This document shows, piece after piece, positions 47,066-58,771 of a DNA stretch of 64,000 nt. The notes below the pieces were generated by a model that made no database searches, was not told where the DNA came from, and was given only the letters and a program-made list of their open reading frames with translations. The stretch's first letter is position 1; each line of letters starts with the position of its first letter. The translations under genes were made by a program, and so were the position numbers. Source of the stretch: Eledone cirrhosa. Lineage: Eukaryota. The DNA lies in assembly GCA_964016885.1 (NCBI GenBank), contig OZ024740.1:344162001-344226000 (forward strand). The letters are read 5' to 3'.

Positions 47066-47487
47066 TACCTATCTTCCGGCCTCTCTAGAGAATCGTAAAA
47101 GCACATATCGTTATATGCTTTTTCTATGAAAATTAGTAGTGGGCATACTAATTTGCATAGAGTGTGGGTAAGTACCGGTTCAACGGAGACGATAAAAACA
47201 AATAACGAAACGAAATTAAATTTCGTTTCATTTGTAACTCACTTTTGTATGACTGACACTTAAACAATTAAGTTAAAGATGTACATCCATATATGTATAC
47301 TGAAATACTAGTATGTATATGAATACACACACGTATACATATGTAGATGTACCAAGTTTTTTCACTGGTCACTTTACTGTGAGTGGCCAGCTATTCTGTA
47401 TGTAAACACACAGACAAACCGCTTTTTAGAGTCATACTGGTTTTTGAGGAAACACCTTTCCTCTATTCTCCAGAAAGCCAGACAAGG

Positions 47488-47532
47488 AATATTGAACTAG
47501 TTTCGTTGTTGTTACAACTCATCAGCAATATT
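47488..47532 (-). ncRNA. Hammerhead ribozyme (unit 2)
   Basis: Identical to unit 1. Confidence 0.9.
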
Positions 47533-47954
47533 TACCTATCTTCCGGCCTCTCTAGAGAATCGTAAAAGCACATATCGTTATATGCTTTTACTATGAAAAT
47601 TAGTAGTGGGCATACTAATTTGCATAGAGTGTGAGTAAGTACCGGTTCAACGGAGACGATAAAAACAAATAACGAAACGAAATTAAATTTCGTTTCATTT
47701 GTAACTCACTTTTGTATGACTGACGCTTAAACAATTAAGTTAAAGATGTACATCCATATATGTATACTGAAATACTAGTATGTATATGAATACACACACG
47801 TATACATATGTAGATGTACCAAGTTTTTTCACTGGTCACTTTACTGTGAGTGGCCAGCTATTCTGTATGTAAACACACAGACAAACCGGTTTTTAGAGTC
47901 ATACTGGTTTTTGAGGAAACACCTTTCCTCTATTCTCCAGAAAGCCAGACAAGG

Positions 47955-47999
47955 AATATTGAACTAGTTTCTTTGTTGTTACAACTCATCAGCAATATT
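47955..47999 (-). ncRNA. Hammerhead ribozyme (unit 3, stem II closing pair mutated)
   Basis: G>T at 47972 (plus strand) turns CAAC-GAAA into CAAA-GAAA. Confidence 0.75.
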
Positions 48000-48421
48000 T
48001 ACCTATCTTCCAGCCTCTCTAGAGAATCGTAAAAGCACATATCGTTATATGCTTTTTCTATGAAAATTAGTAGTGGGCATACTAATTTGCATAGAGTGTG
48101 AGTAAGTACCGGTTCAACGGAGACGATAAAAACAAATAACGAAACGAAATTAAATTTCGTTTCATTTGTAACTCACTTTTGTATGACTGACGCTTAAACA
48201 ATTAAGTTAAAGATGTACATCCATATATGTATACTGAAATACTAGTATGTATATGAATACACACACGTATACATATGTAGATGTACCAAGTTTTTTCACT
48301 GGTCACTTTACTGTGAGTGGCCAGCTATTCTGTATGTAAACACACAGACAAACCGGTTTTTAGAGTCATACTGGTTTTTGAGGAAACACCTTTCCTCTAT
48401 TCTCCAGAAAGCCAGACAAGG

Positions 48422-48466
48422 AATATTGAACTAGTTTCGTTGTTGTTACAACTCATCAGCAATATT
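48422..48466 (-). ncRNA. Hammerhead ribozyme (unit 4)
   Basis: Identical to unit 1. Confidence 0.9.
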
Positions 48467-49011
48467 TACCTATCTTCCGGCCTCTCTAGAGAATCGTAAA
48501 AGCACATATCGTTATATGCTTTTTCTATGAAAATTAGTAGTGGGCATACTAATTTGCATAGAGTGTGAGTAAGTACCGGTTCAACGGAGACGATAAAAAC
48601 AAATAACGAAACGAAATTAAATTTCGTTTCATTTGTAACTCACTTTTGTATGACTGACGCTTAAACAATTAAGTTAAAGATGTACATCCATATATGTATA
48701 CTGAAATACTAGTATGTATATGAATACACACACGTATACATATGTAGATGTACCAAGTTTTTTCACTAGTATTTCAGTATACATATATGGATGTACATCT
48801 TTAACTTAATTGTTTAAGCGTCAGTCATACAAAAGTGAGTTACAAATGAAACGAAATTTAATTTCGTTTCGTTATTTGTTTTTATCGTCTCCGTTGAACC
48901 GGTACTTACTCACACTCTATGCAAATTAGTATGCCCACTACTAATTTTCATAGAAAAAGCATATAACGATATGTGCTTTTACGATTCTCTAGAGAGGCCG
49001 GAAGATAGGTA

Positions 49012-49056
49012 AATATTGCTGATGAGTTGTAACAACAACGAAACTAGTTCAATATT
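49012..49056 (+). ncRNA. Hammerhead ribozyme (inverted arm)
   Basis: aatattg ctgatga gttgt aaca acaac gaaa ctag tt caatatt; predicted cut after 49049. Confidence 0.9.
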
Positions 49057-49345
49057 CCTTGTCTGGCTTTCTGGAGAATAGAGGAAAGGTGTTTCCTCAA
49101 AAACCAGTATGACTCTAAAAACCGGTTTGTCTGTGTGTTTACATACAGAATAGCTGGCCACTCAGAGTAAAGTGACCAGTGAAAAAAGTTGGTACATCTA
49201 CACATGTATACGTGTGTGTATTCATATACATACTAGTATTTCAGTATACATATATGGATGTACATCTTTAACTTAATTGTTTAAGCGTCAGTCATACAAA
49301 AGTGAGTTACAAATGAAACGAAATTTAATTTCGTTTCGTTATTTG

Positions 49346-49395
<50 letters not shown>

Positions 49396-50104
49396 CGAGT
49401 ATTATTGATGGACTTGATAATGAGTACTCAATACCAAAGTACAGTTTAAATTTTAATTTATTATGACTAAATAGTGAGCTCGTTATTTTGGAGTTTCTCC
49501 TGCTCCTGCAAAGGATCAGCAGAGAAGACGAAATATTGAATAACAGAGACATTACAAATTGGAGAAGAATGAATGTAGGATGGGTGGATAGATGGTTTTG
49601 AAAGGATGTGTTAAGAGAAAGTGAAGTATTTTATGAAATGAAAAAAGCGACGAAAAATTAACCAAAAGAGAAACAAGGAAGGCGTGAATATGGTATGTGC
49701 GATTATGTTGATTACAATGAAGTCGATGATAGGAATTATTAAAAGGGGTAACGTTTCTTGTACTGATAAGGGTCAAGGTGACGAACTGAAAATAACTTGG
49801 GTATGTAGGATGTTATTTAACAATTGGTTGGGGTGAATAAAATATATACTGAAAATTAGGATTACTTGAAAAAAAAAAACAATAAAAAAACAGAAAGTAA
49901 TTAAGAAACAGTAAAATTGTAATGGCCTTTGTATTCTTTTTCTTTTTCTTCTTTTCCTTTTCACATACACCCACCCCCACTCTTTCTCTTCCATTTTATA
50001 TATACTTCTACTTCACCATCATAACAATCCAATTATTACAAAAGAAAATCCACTAAAGACTTAATACTCACGCCTACACATAAAAGTTAATTGCCTCTCC
50101 ACTT

Positions 50105-50731
50105 CCATCACCACCATCACCCCATCACCGCCATGTCCCCTATAACCACCATCACCAGCACCACCGCATCACTGTCATCACCACCATCACCACCACCATC
50201 ACCACCATCACCACCATCACCACCATCTCCCCCATCACCACTATCACCACCACCATCACCACCATCACCACCATCACCACCATCACCCCCATCATCGCCA
50301 TCTCTCCTATCACCACCATCACCAGCATCACCACTACCAACTACATCACCACCATCATCACCACCGCCACCACCATAATCACCACCGCCACTAACAGCAC
50401 CACCATCACCACCATCACCACCATCATCACCATCACTACCATCACCACTACCAACACCATCAGCACCATCAGCACCATCACCACCACCATCATCACCACC
50501 GCCACCACCATCACCACCATCATCACCATCATCACCATCATCACCATCAGCACCATCACCACCACCACCATCACCACCATCAGCACCAACATCAGCACCA
50601 TCACCATCACCACCGCCACTACCACCATCACCACCATCACCATCATCACCATCAGCACCATCACCACAACCATCACCACCATCACCACCATCACCACCAT
50701 CATCACCGCCACCACCACCATCACCACCATC
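50105..50731. repeat. Compound (CAC/CAT)n trinucleotide tract
   Basis: Direct. Confidence 0.95.
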
Positions 50732-51124
50732 AAGTAGAAATCTACTCAACAATTTCATTACCAAACATTACCAAAATACAAAGGACCATTAGTATTCCTC
50801 TATTTCTTTATTAATTCCTGTCTTTCAAGTAAATCTATTTTTCAGGAAATAATTTTCACTAAATATTTTGTTCACCAATTGATATATACCCTACTACCTA
50901 CCCAGGTTATTTTCAGTTTATCTTATTTACTCTATTCATCACCATCATCATCATTACCCATAACACGTCAATACCTTCCAGAGTTTCCTTTTTCTCCCTC
51001 CACCCCTAACACATCCAATCAAATGTACATATCAACTCACCACTTCTTGCGTATTCACCTATCTATACTCTGTTATTGAACATTTACTCTTGTCCGATAA
51101 TCTTGGGAATGTGAAACTCTAGAG

Positions 51125-51380
51125 CAGGCATGGGCTGCATGAGATATGGCTCATCCTCAAGCGGGCCGCAGAGGCTAATTTACATTCGTGCCCACATTAA
51201 AAAAAAGGGTGGTAACTCAGGTCGTTTTGATTTGTTTCTTCAGAATTTGTACATGTTATTTTCCTCGATCGTAAAAATGATTGAAAGATAAAAGTTAGGG
51301 TAAAATTCAGAAAGGTTTCACTTAGGGGACTTAGGCGAGCCATTCAGAAAGCTTCGCGGGCCGCAGGTTGCCCATGACTG
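51125..51380. mobile_element. hAT (Charlie/Buster-like) MITE, 256 bp
   Basis: TIRs CAGGCATGGGC and GCCCATGACTG; 8-bp TSD CTCTAGAG (51117-51124, 51381-51388); subterminal gcgggccgcag. Confidence 0.85.
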
Positions 51381-51421
51381 CTCTAGAGTAACAAGGCTTA
51401 CCACTTGGTCATAATCAATAA

Positions 51422-51505
<84 letters not shown>

Positions 51506-51584
51506 GAAAGCTTCGCGGGCCGCAGGTTGCCCATGACTGCTCTAGAGTAACAAGGCTTACCACTTGGTCATAATCAATAAGTAC

Positions 51585-51624
<40 letters not shown>

Positions 51625-51628
<4 letters not shown>

Positions 51629-51760
51629 AAAAGGTAAACAGAAGTAAAAAAAGCAAACGACACAGTACATTGAATAAATATATCGGCTTAACGCTTGAAA
51701 TAGCAGGAAGATAGTCTTAACATTTGGGACACTAGTCATTCATCAGAGTTCGAAATTGGC
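51625..51760 (-). mobile_element. Solo pLTR fragment of the 5270-7050 PLE family with degenerate HHR
   Basis: Minus ctgatgaatgactagtgtcccaaatgttaagact..tatttcaagcgttaa matches ~6930-7050. Confidence 0.65.
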
Positions 51761-52393
51761 GATAAAATAGAAAGATAAAGAGATGAGAAAATATGGGTAA
51801 AGAAATACAAGTATGTGTGTGTGGGTTTACAGTGTGTGTATGCATGTGTATGCGAGTATATGTACGTGTTTGTGTGTATGTGTACATGTCTTTCTGGACC
51901 CGTAAAGGTGGATTTCAAACCACGTTGATCCTATCCTTCTTCTCCAGGTCTGATCAAAGTCGATTCTTCTAGACAAAGGAAAAGTATGATAGAATAGAAG
52001 TGAGAAAATGATATGCAGGAAGAATCGATATTAGTACTGAAATGGTGTTCAATGTCGACATCGAATGGACGAAAAGCAAAATTAACTACGATAGTCGAAG
52101 TGCAGTAAGTCGGAACGAATTCCGCACAGCAGTCTATCCAACGTCCTGATATAAATAAATACATAAATATATATATATATATATATATAAATATTGTTAT
52201 ACTTGGGGAGGGTCATATTTGTGTAATAATATTGCCAGAATTAATAAAAGAACACACTCACTGTTTGGTTGGTTTTCGCTTCTGTGTCTTTTATATCGGT
52301 TAATTAAATTTATTCGGTCCTCAATGTTGCCATTGACTGACCAACGGTCAAAAATACAGATACAATATAGACACAAACACATATATATAGTCT

Positions 52394-52435
52394 ATCAAAG
52401 TTCTTTCGTTGCACATCTGCAACATCGTCAATGTT
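52394..52435 (-). ncRNA. Degenerate hammerhead ribozyme in the 3' pLTR
   Basis: CA-TTGACGA-T-GTTGCA gatg TGCAAC-GAAA-G-AA-C-TT-TG; the first core C is changed to T. Confidence 0.6.
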
Positions 52436-52751
52436 GCTATTATGTTTCCCCCCGTTGCATTGTATGTTTACGCCATCTTTATTTAGTCTGTTTATTTATT
52501 TATTTATTTGTTTTTTTTTGTTCTCTCTGCGCATGCGTTTGCGTATAGTGTTTTGTTTGATGTGTGTTCTTGTTTGGGTGACTGTGTATTGGTTAATGTA
52601 TTCTTTCTTAGTTTACTAGTGTGTGTTTATATGTGTTTGTTGTTATTGTGCTTGTGTATGTATTTATCTATTTATTTATTTATCGATCTATCTATCTATT
52701 TATACTTCTCTTAGGTCAGTGTTGTTTGTTTGGGTGTTGTTGTTATTCCAT

Positions 52752-55700
52752 TCATTTTTTTCTGTTTAGCCTTGGCCTTCTAAGTTCTATGTCGCTGGCC
52801 TCTCTGATTTGACTATCTGCTGGGTCATTTCTATGTTTAGATATTATTCTAACTTCTATGTTGTCTATGTTACCGTTGTGTTGTTGTCTGGCATGTTCGT
52901 ATAGTACTGAACCGTTTTTTCGTCCTTTTAGTTCGCCCCAGTGTTGGTCTATCGTTTCACATATGCTACGAGCTGTCTCGCCTATGTATGTTGTTGTCAT
53001 GTTTCTGCAAGTACCCTCTGTACATATTATGCTATAGACTACGTTTCTAGTTTTACAGTTTATCCGGGGGTTTACTCTACATATGATACATTTCCTATTA
53101 GTACAGTGGGTTTTCTTAAAAGGGTAGGTTTTGCTGATCAGGGATTTTATGGTGGTTCCTGGCTTTTCTACCACCTTAATCTTTAAGTGGGTCTTTCTCA
53201 GGGCTTTTCTACTCTGGTTAGCTAATTTCCCTCCACAAACATGGCACTCAGGTATCTCTGGTTGTCTTACCATGAGGTGGCTTTCTCTATCTTATGTCTA
53301 GTCCTATCTAAGCTATTCCATGATTTGCTCCTGTATAATGGGCAAATTCCTTTCATGTCCAGTTCTATGAGGGTCTTATACTTCTCCATGGCTCCTTCGT
53401 ATACTCTGATTCTATCTCTTTGGTTATAGCCAGAGAACTGCATGCGGTTAATGAAGTGTTGGATGTGTCTTTCCATTTATGTTGGGTCGCACATGCGGGA
53501 CACGTTCTTCATCACTCGTACCAAGTCTTCGATCAGAATATTAAACTTAGCACTACTGGACATTGCTGAGATTTTGAGTATCAGGTATTTGGAGGCCATT
53601 GGTTTAGCATAGTGTGAGTGGAGATTTTGGGCTCACTCGTCTATAGTGTTAATCCAGAGTTCCGTGTCTAATACAGGTAGTCTATTGTTAGGGTGTTTGG
53701 AAGGGTAGTCGATAGTTACAGTTATACTCTGGTGTATGGAATTAGCTATCTGCTGGATGCTTTCCATTGTACTACGTTCTAAATCAAACTTGTTAGTGCT
53801 CTCTTGTGAGGATGTCCTTATTATTATATTGATGTCGTCTACGTAACGAGAGTACATGATGAGGTCTATGGAGCTCTCATCAAGGAGATCTCTGAGTCTT
53901 TTTTCCCACCATACCATAAAAAGGTTGGCAACGTCACCAGCTATGCTGACGCCAATGGCCTCTCCCTCATTTTGGGCGTAGATTTTCTCGTTTAACTTGA
54001 ATAGGTGGCCCTTTAGGGTAGTTTTGATACTAGCCCCTATTGCATGTGCGACCATTTTTCTTACCTGATCATTGTTTTTGGGGGTCCGTATAGCTTTGGT
54101 CCACCCCATCCACGTTCCCATGGGAGTCTTTTTTGCCATTGAGGTTATGGTGGGGAGTCTACCTCTTATGGGTCTACTGGGCAGAAACGTCTAAGGTCAA
54201 GGCTGTCTAGGTAGTCAGTGTCGTAGGTTAGTCTAAGTAGGAGGCCCAGTTCGTCTGTGTCGACGTCGCAGAACTCCACCTCACTCTGAATGATCATCTC
54301 CACACATTTTTCCACAGCAAAATCAATGTTAATGGATGGGTACAGTGATACCACATACATACTGCCTATTATGCAGTTGGATAGGTTCCTTTTTTGTTGC
54401 TGATTCTGTCACTGATTCTGCTGAGGAGGTCCTCTGTACTGTCACATACATCTGGGGACATCTTGATTATGGGGCGTATAACCATTGAGAGGAAGTAGGA
54501 GATCCTGTAGTTGCTAGCTATATTTGCTCCGCATACAAGTCTTGTTGGTGGTCCTGTTGTCGGGTCGTCGACTGTCTTGTGGTCTTTGCGGAGCCCATAC
54601 AAGGGTGGTATGCCATTGTTGGACGCCTGGAAGTTGTTGGCAGTGCGTTTGCTTGGCTTTAGGATGTCGGTCCACATCATCATGTGAGCGTTGAGGATTT
54701 TCTCTCTCCCATCATGTATTTGCTGTGCAATTTCGCCCGTGTTGGTGATGTGGAGTTGCATAGCCTTGATGTAGTTCGGCATGCTGTCTATTGACATCCT
54801 ACCAGACTTATCCGTGGGTAGACATACTACCTCACCATCGCTTGTGCGCTGCTTGAGGCTAACCAAGCCTTCTACAGGTTTCCTCCAAAGTTGTTGGACC
54901 TCTGGTCTGCTCTGTCCCTTAGTATACCGGTCTACTATTTGTCTAATCTTATATCTAGCTATGGGGAACTGTGCCTCCGTTTCGTCATCTCCTTGTTGTG
55001 GTAACCTCGTAGGATATATATTACCCATCTTATATGTCAGCTGGGTTGAAGAATAGTTTCTCTAAGAGGTTGTCCTTATATCTATCGTCATAGTTGTGTG
55101 TGTTGTTGTTGTTCCTATCATTAGCATTATTATTATTATTATTGTTATGATTGCTAGATGTATTGTTGCTGTGATTGTTAGATGTATTGTTGTTATGATT
55201 GCTAGATGTATTGTTGCTTTGATTGTTAGGTGTATTGTTGTTATGATTGCTAGATGTATTGTTGCTGTGATTGTTAGATGTATTGTTGTTATGATTGCTA
55301 GATGTATTGTTGCTTTGATTGTTAGATGTATGGCTGTTGTTTTCTCCACCGTTATTGTTGTTGTTACTGTTATTTCTACCATTGTGGTTGTTCCTTTTAT
55401 TATGTTTCTTTTTTTTGTTGTGTCTATCATTAATGTTGCTACATATATTATTTCTATTATTACCACTGGTTGTTGTTGTTGTTATTCGTATTGTTACCGT
55501 TATTACTACTGTGGTCGCTGCTGCTGTGTCTGTAGTTAATGTTTCTATTATTATTATTGTGGTTGTTGTTGTTGTTCTGTCTATCGTTAATATGATTACC
55601 ATTATTACTATTTCTCACTCTCCTGCTATTGTTATTGTTATGACTATTACGATTATAGCTGTTATTTCTATACTCAGAGTTATTGTTTATATTACTACTA

Positions 55701-56017
55701 CCGTTATTATTGTTGTTGTTGTCCGTACAGTTGTTGTTGTTGTTTACTTTTTCATTCCAACGTATTTTTGTGAAACACTTTTCCAGCTCCGTTTTGCACT
55801 CAATAGGGTTAATCTTTTTGTAGATGGCAAACTTTGGTGGTAGCTGCAGGATTTGTTGGTCTTGTTCACTGATTAAAGTGTTCCCATAAATATTTACTGT
55901 GTAGTCATTGGTAAATTCTTCCGGTAGTTCTACATCAGTCATACGGATATTGTTGATATTATCTGGGTATTTTTGTGAATATTCCAATTTTCTTTCTTCT
56001 AATCTTTTCTTATTCAT
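52752..56017 (-). pseudogene. PLE RT-GIY-YIG polyprotein with stops and frameshifts
   Basis: LPPKFA..KIRW, Asn-rich tract, PTDKSG, PPLYGLRKDHK, GSMYVVSLYPSI, QNEGEAIG..ANLFM, RYVDDI, LPVLDT, RMQFSGY, CTNRKCIIC, NVVYSIICT..TYIGETAR. Confidence 0.9.
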
Positions 56018-56198
56018 CCATTCTAAATTCTTATTGAAATGCCTATTGCATTCGTTATTAATTCTGTTATTCTGTTATTCTGTTATTCTGTTATTAATTC
56101 TGGCAATATTACACAAATATGACCCTCCCCAAGTATAACAATATTTGTTTCGACACACGATTTCATATCAAAAACCTCACAAAACTAATTCATCGCCG

Positions 56199-56291
<93 letters not shown>

Positions 56292-56296
<5 letters not shown>

Positions 56297-56760
56297 AAAG
56301 TAAGTCCATAGAATCCTTTGATAAAATATATACATTATTTCTTCTCCCAATCAGCATAATTAACCACACAAAAAAACAATTAAACGAGGCTATAAGTATC
56401 TTTATGTACATTTTTTCTTCTAACTTTGATTTTGTACCTAATTGTGTATGGTTGGCTATATGTCTAATAAATTTCTACGGGCTATTAGAAATACTAGGTA
56501 CATCTTCTGTGGCTGTTGATGGCGGATAAAATAGCTATCATTTATTTATCTTTTGTTTCTTTATAGGTGCATTTTAAACTTATAGCCTCGTTTAATTGAT
56601 GTTTTGTGTGGTTAATTATGGGGATTGGGAGAAGAAATACTGTATATATTTTATCAAATGATTCTATGGACTTACTTTCTCATATATTACTCTGATTGTT
56701 GATTATTTAATTAATTAATTCGTCATTGAGTCACACCGTAAATGGTTGCCCAAAACACAT
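56292..56760. repeat. Fold-back element (arms ~56292-56398 and ~56577-56683, plus tail)
   Basis: agaaagtaagtccatagaatc versus gattctatggacttactttct. Confidence 0.8.
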
Positions 56761-56839
56761 ATATATATCTATGGCTCTGTCTAGTTTATGTATATGAAAA
56801 TCTATATATTTTATATATATATATATATTTATAATTAAG

Positions 56840-57475
56840 ATAAGAGGAACAAGTAAAATTCAAACAATCTTTCAAAATAAATTCAAAAAATATAATTTAA
56901 ATATTTACTTATCCATATTGCTGTTACAGACGGTTTCGCCTCACAAAAGATTGGAAATCCGAGGTACTTCCAATGGAAAGTTCCGCTCTTCAGAAACCAT
57001 TTTCCCTGCATCATAGACACCCTATATATTTCCGAGGGTACTTAGTACCTGTGGGGATATTGATCTCATTTTATGTAAATTCTCCGATGTGTAGAGAAAA
57101 AATGTGTTGTTTACCTAGTTGCTATTATTAGTGGTGTGGCAGACAGCACGTCTATGCTACTCCCGCTTCTACTACCGTCCAGTTCACGTGTAGGTCACGT
57201 TTATGGCCGCATTCCATCCTGCACTAGTTGGCTGAAGGCAATATATATCTTTTGTGAGGCGAAACCGTCGGTAAAAGCAATATGGATAGGTAAATATTTA
57301 AATTATATTTTTTGAATTTATTTTGAAAGATTGTTTGAATTTTACTTGTTCCGCTTAACTCAATTTTATAGTTCTGGTATGTCAAAGTAATACCAACGAA
57401 CAACAAATGTATCATAGACACCCTATATATTTCCGAGGGTACTTAATACCTGTGGGGATATTGTTCTCATTTTAT
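56840..57475. repeat. Fold-back element with internal direct repeat and HHR-like motif
   Basis: 56842-56950 inverted at 57248-57357; 57011-57074 repeated at 57411-57475; minus CTGAAGAGC..GCGAAACCGTC at 56929-56993. Confidence 0.75.
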
Positions 57476-57480
57476 ATATA

Positions 57481-57551
<71 letters not shown>

Positions 57552-57596
57552 GTTATAGGAAAAACCAAAGAGTACTTAGAAATACATTGTTTTATT

Positions 57597-57643
57597 AGCT
57601 AACATTGTTTCATCCATACACCATGGCAGGAATCATCAGAGCC
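57597..57643 (-). ncRNA. Minimal hammerhead ribozyme
   Basis: GGCT-CTGATGA-T-TCC..GGA-T-GAAAC-AAT-GTT-AGCT. Confidence 0.75.
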
Positions 57644-58308
57644 TATTAACATGAGTATATCAGTAGTTGTATGCTCCATCGAGCTGCGTCACCAGAACAA
57701 GGTTAAATGACCAGCATGGGGGTCCTGAGGTCAGCGCTATATGGAAAAAGGCAGAATGATTCACATAATGTCATAAAATGTCTTAAAAATTTAAAAATTA
57801 AAAATTAAAAATTAAAAATTACACCAAAAATTTATCACTTAAATGGTGCAATACATGATAAAGAGGTGGGGAGAGGGTAGCAATGGAAGAGTGAGGGTAT
57901 TACTCAGCATGATCAGAAACAATAAGAAAATAATAAATAAATAATAAAAAGTGCAAAAATACAGGGATAATAAAAGAGATGAATATAAAGATACAAAACA
58001 ATAAAGAAAAAAAAGTTATATATATCTGCATATATATCTGCATGTCTGGGCATATTGATATATTTGTCAACGAAATATATATATATATATCAGGAGTTTA
58101 ACATTTGTAAACAAGTAAGACCATTATTCAACATTGTACTCGATATGTGGGGTAGTAGAGTGTAAATTCAGATAGTCGAGGCCCGACTACAGAGCTCTTG
58201 TGTCGATAGCAAACTCCCTACTGGAATATCATGTTTGTTTACGTAAGTATGTAGAGATGTTTATATATATATATATACAAACATCTAAACAGACTTACAT
58301 ACGCATAC

Positions 58309-58396
<88 letters not shown>

Positions 58397-58526
58397 ATAC
58401 TTTGGGAGGGTCATGTTGCCAATAAGAAACACACGCACCAGTTGCTTTCACTTCAATTTATTATATATTTATAAATTTATAAATTTCTGGTTGGTTGGTT
58501 CCACAACCAGATAGTTGTTTATATAT

Positions 58527-58571
58527 AGTCATAGTTCTTTCGTCACACACTCTGTGACCTCTTCAGTGACT
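58527..58571 (-). ncRNA. Hammerhead ribozyme in the 3' pLTR
   Basis: AGTCA-CTGAAGA-G-GTCACA gagtg TGTGAC-GAAA-G-AA-C-TA-TGACT. Confidence 0.85.
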
Positions 58572-58771
58572 GGGGATTCCTTTCTTTGTTTCTGTGCCTC
58601 TCCTTTGTTCTGTCCTACGCCATTTTGTTTCTGTGTGTGTGTTGTGTGCTCAGTCTGCGCATGCGCCACATCCGACTGTCTGTGTGTGTTTATGTTCATT
58701 TAGTTATTTGTTTATTTACATGTTACTGGTTGATTGTTTGTTCTATGTGTGTGTGTGTTTTCATTTTGTCC

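Larger units (their letters stand above)
46797..49350. repeat. 467-bp tandem array (~4.2 copies) plus ~585-bp inverted arm; retrozyme-like
   Basis: Units start at 46797, 47264, 47731, 48198 and 48665; inversion starts at 48765; flanked by TA runs; one HHR per unit. Confidence 0.95.
52192..56198 (-). mobile_element. Near full-length Penelope-like element (Naiad-like), with inverted pLTR tip at its 5' end
   Basis: ~52192-52245 is inverted at ~56090-56144; RT and GIY-YIG coding inside; TA flanks. Confidence 0.9.

Noticed and set aside
46797-48765. CRISPR-like array
   Set aside because: Units are near-identical over their full length with no unique spacers; eukaryotic context.
46916-49161. Five copies of a 60-aa ORF (MASYSVCK..)
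   Set aside because: GTG start, antisense to the ribozyme, no recognisable domain; a by-product of the repeat.
50091-50764. Pro/Ser-rich or Gly/Asp-rich protein
   Set aside because: A CAC/CAT trinucleotide tract that is open in several frames, with no other coding support.
51501-51586. Second hAT MITE
   Set aside because: Only a local duplication of the MITE right end and flank (~51342-51426) across a TA run.
53633-53635. In-frame TGA as selenocysteine (some Naiad PLEs are selenoproteins)
   Set aside because: Aligns to Lys, not Cys, in the sister copy; this copy also has TAA stops and frameshifts; no convincing SECIS stem in the pLTR.
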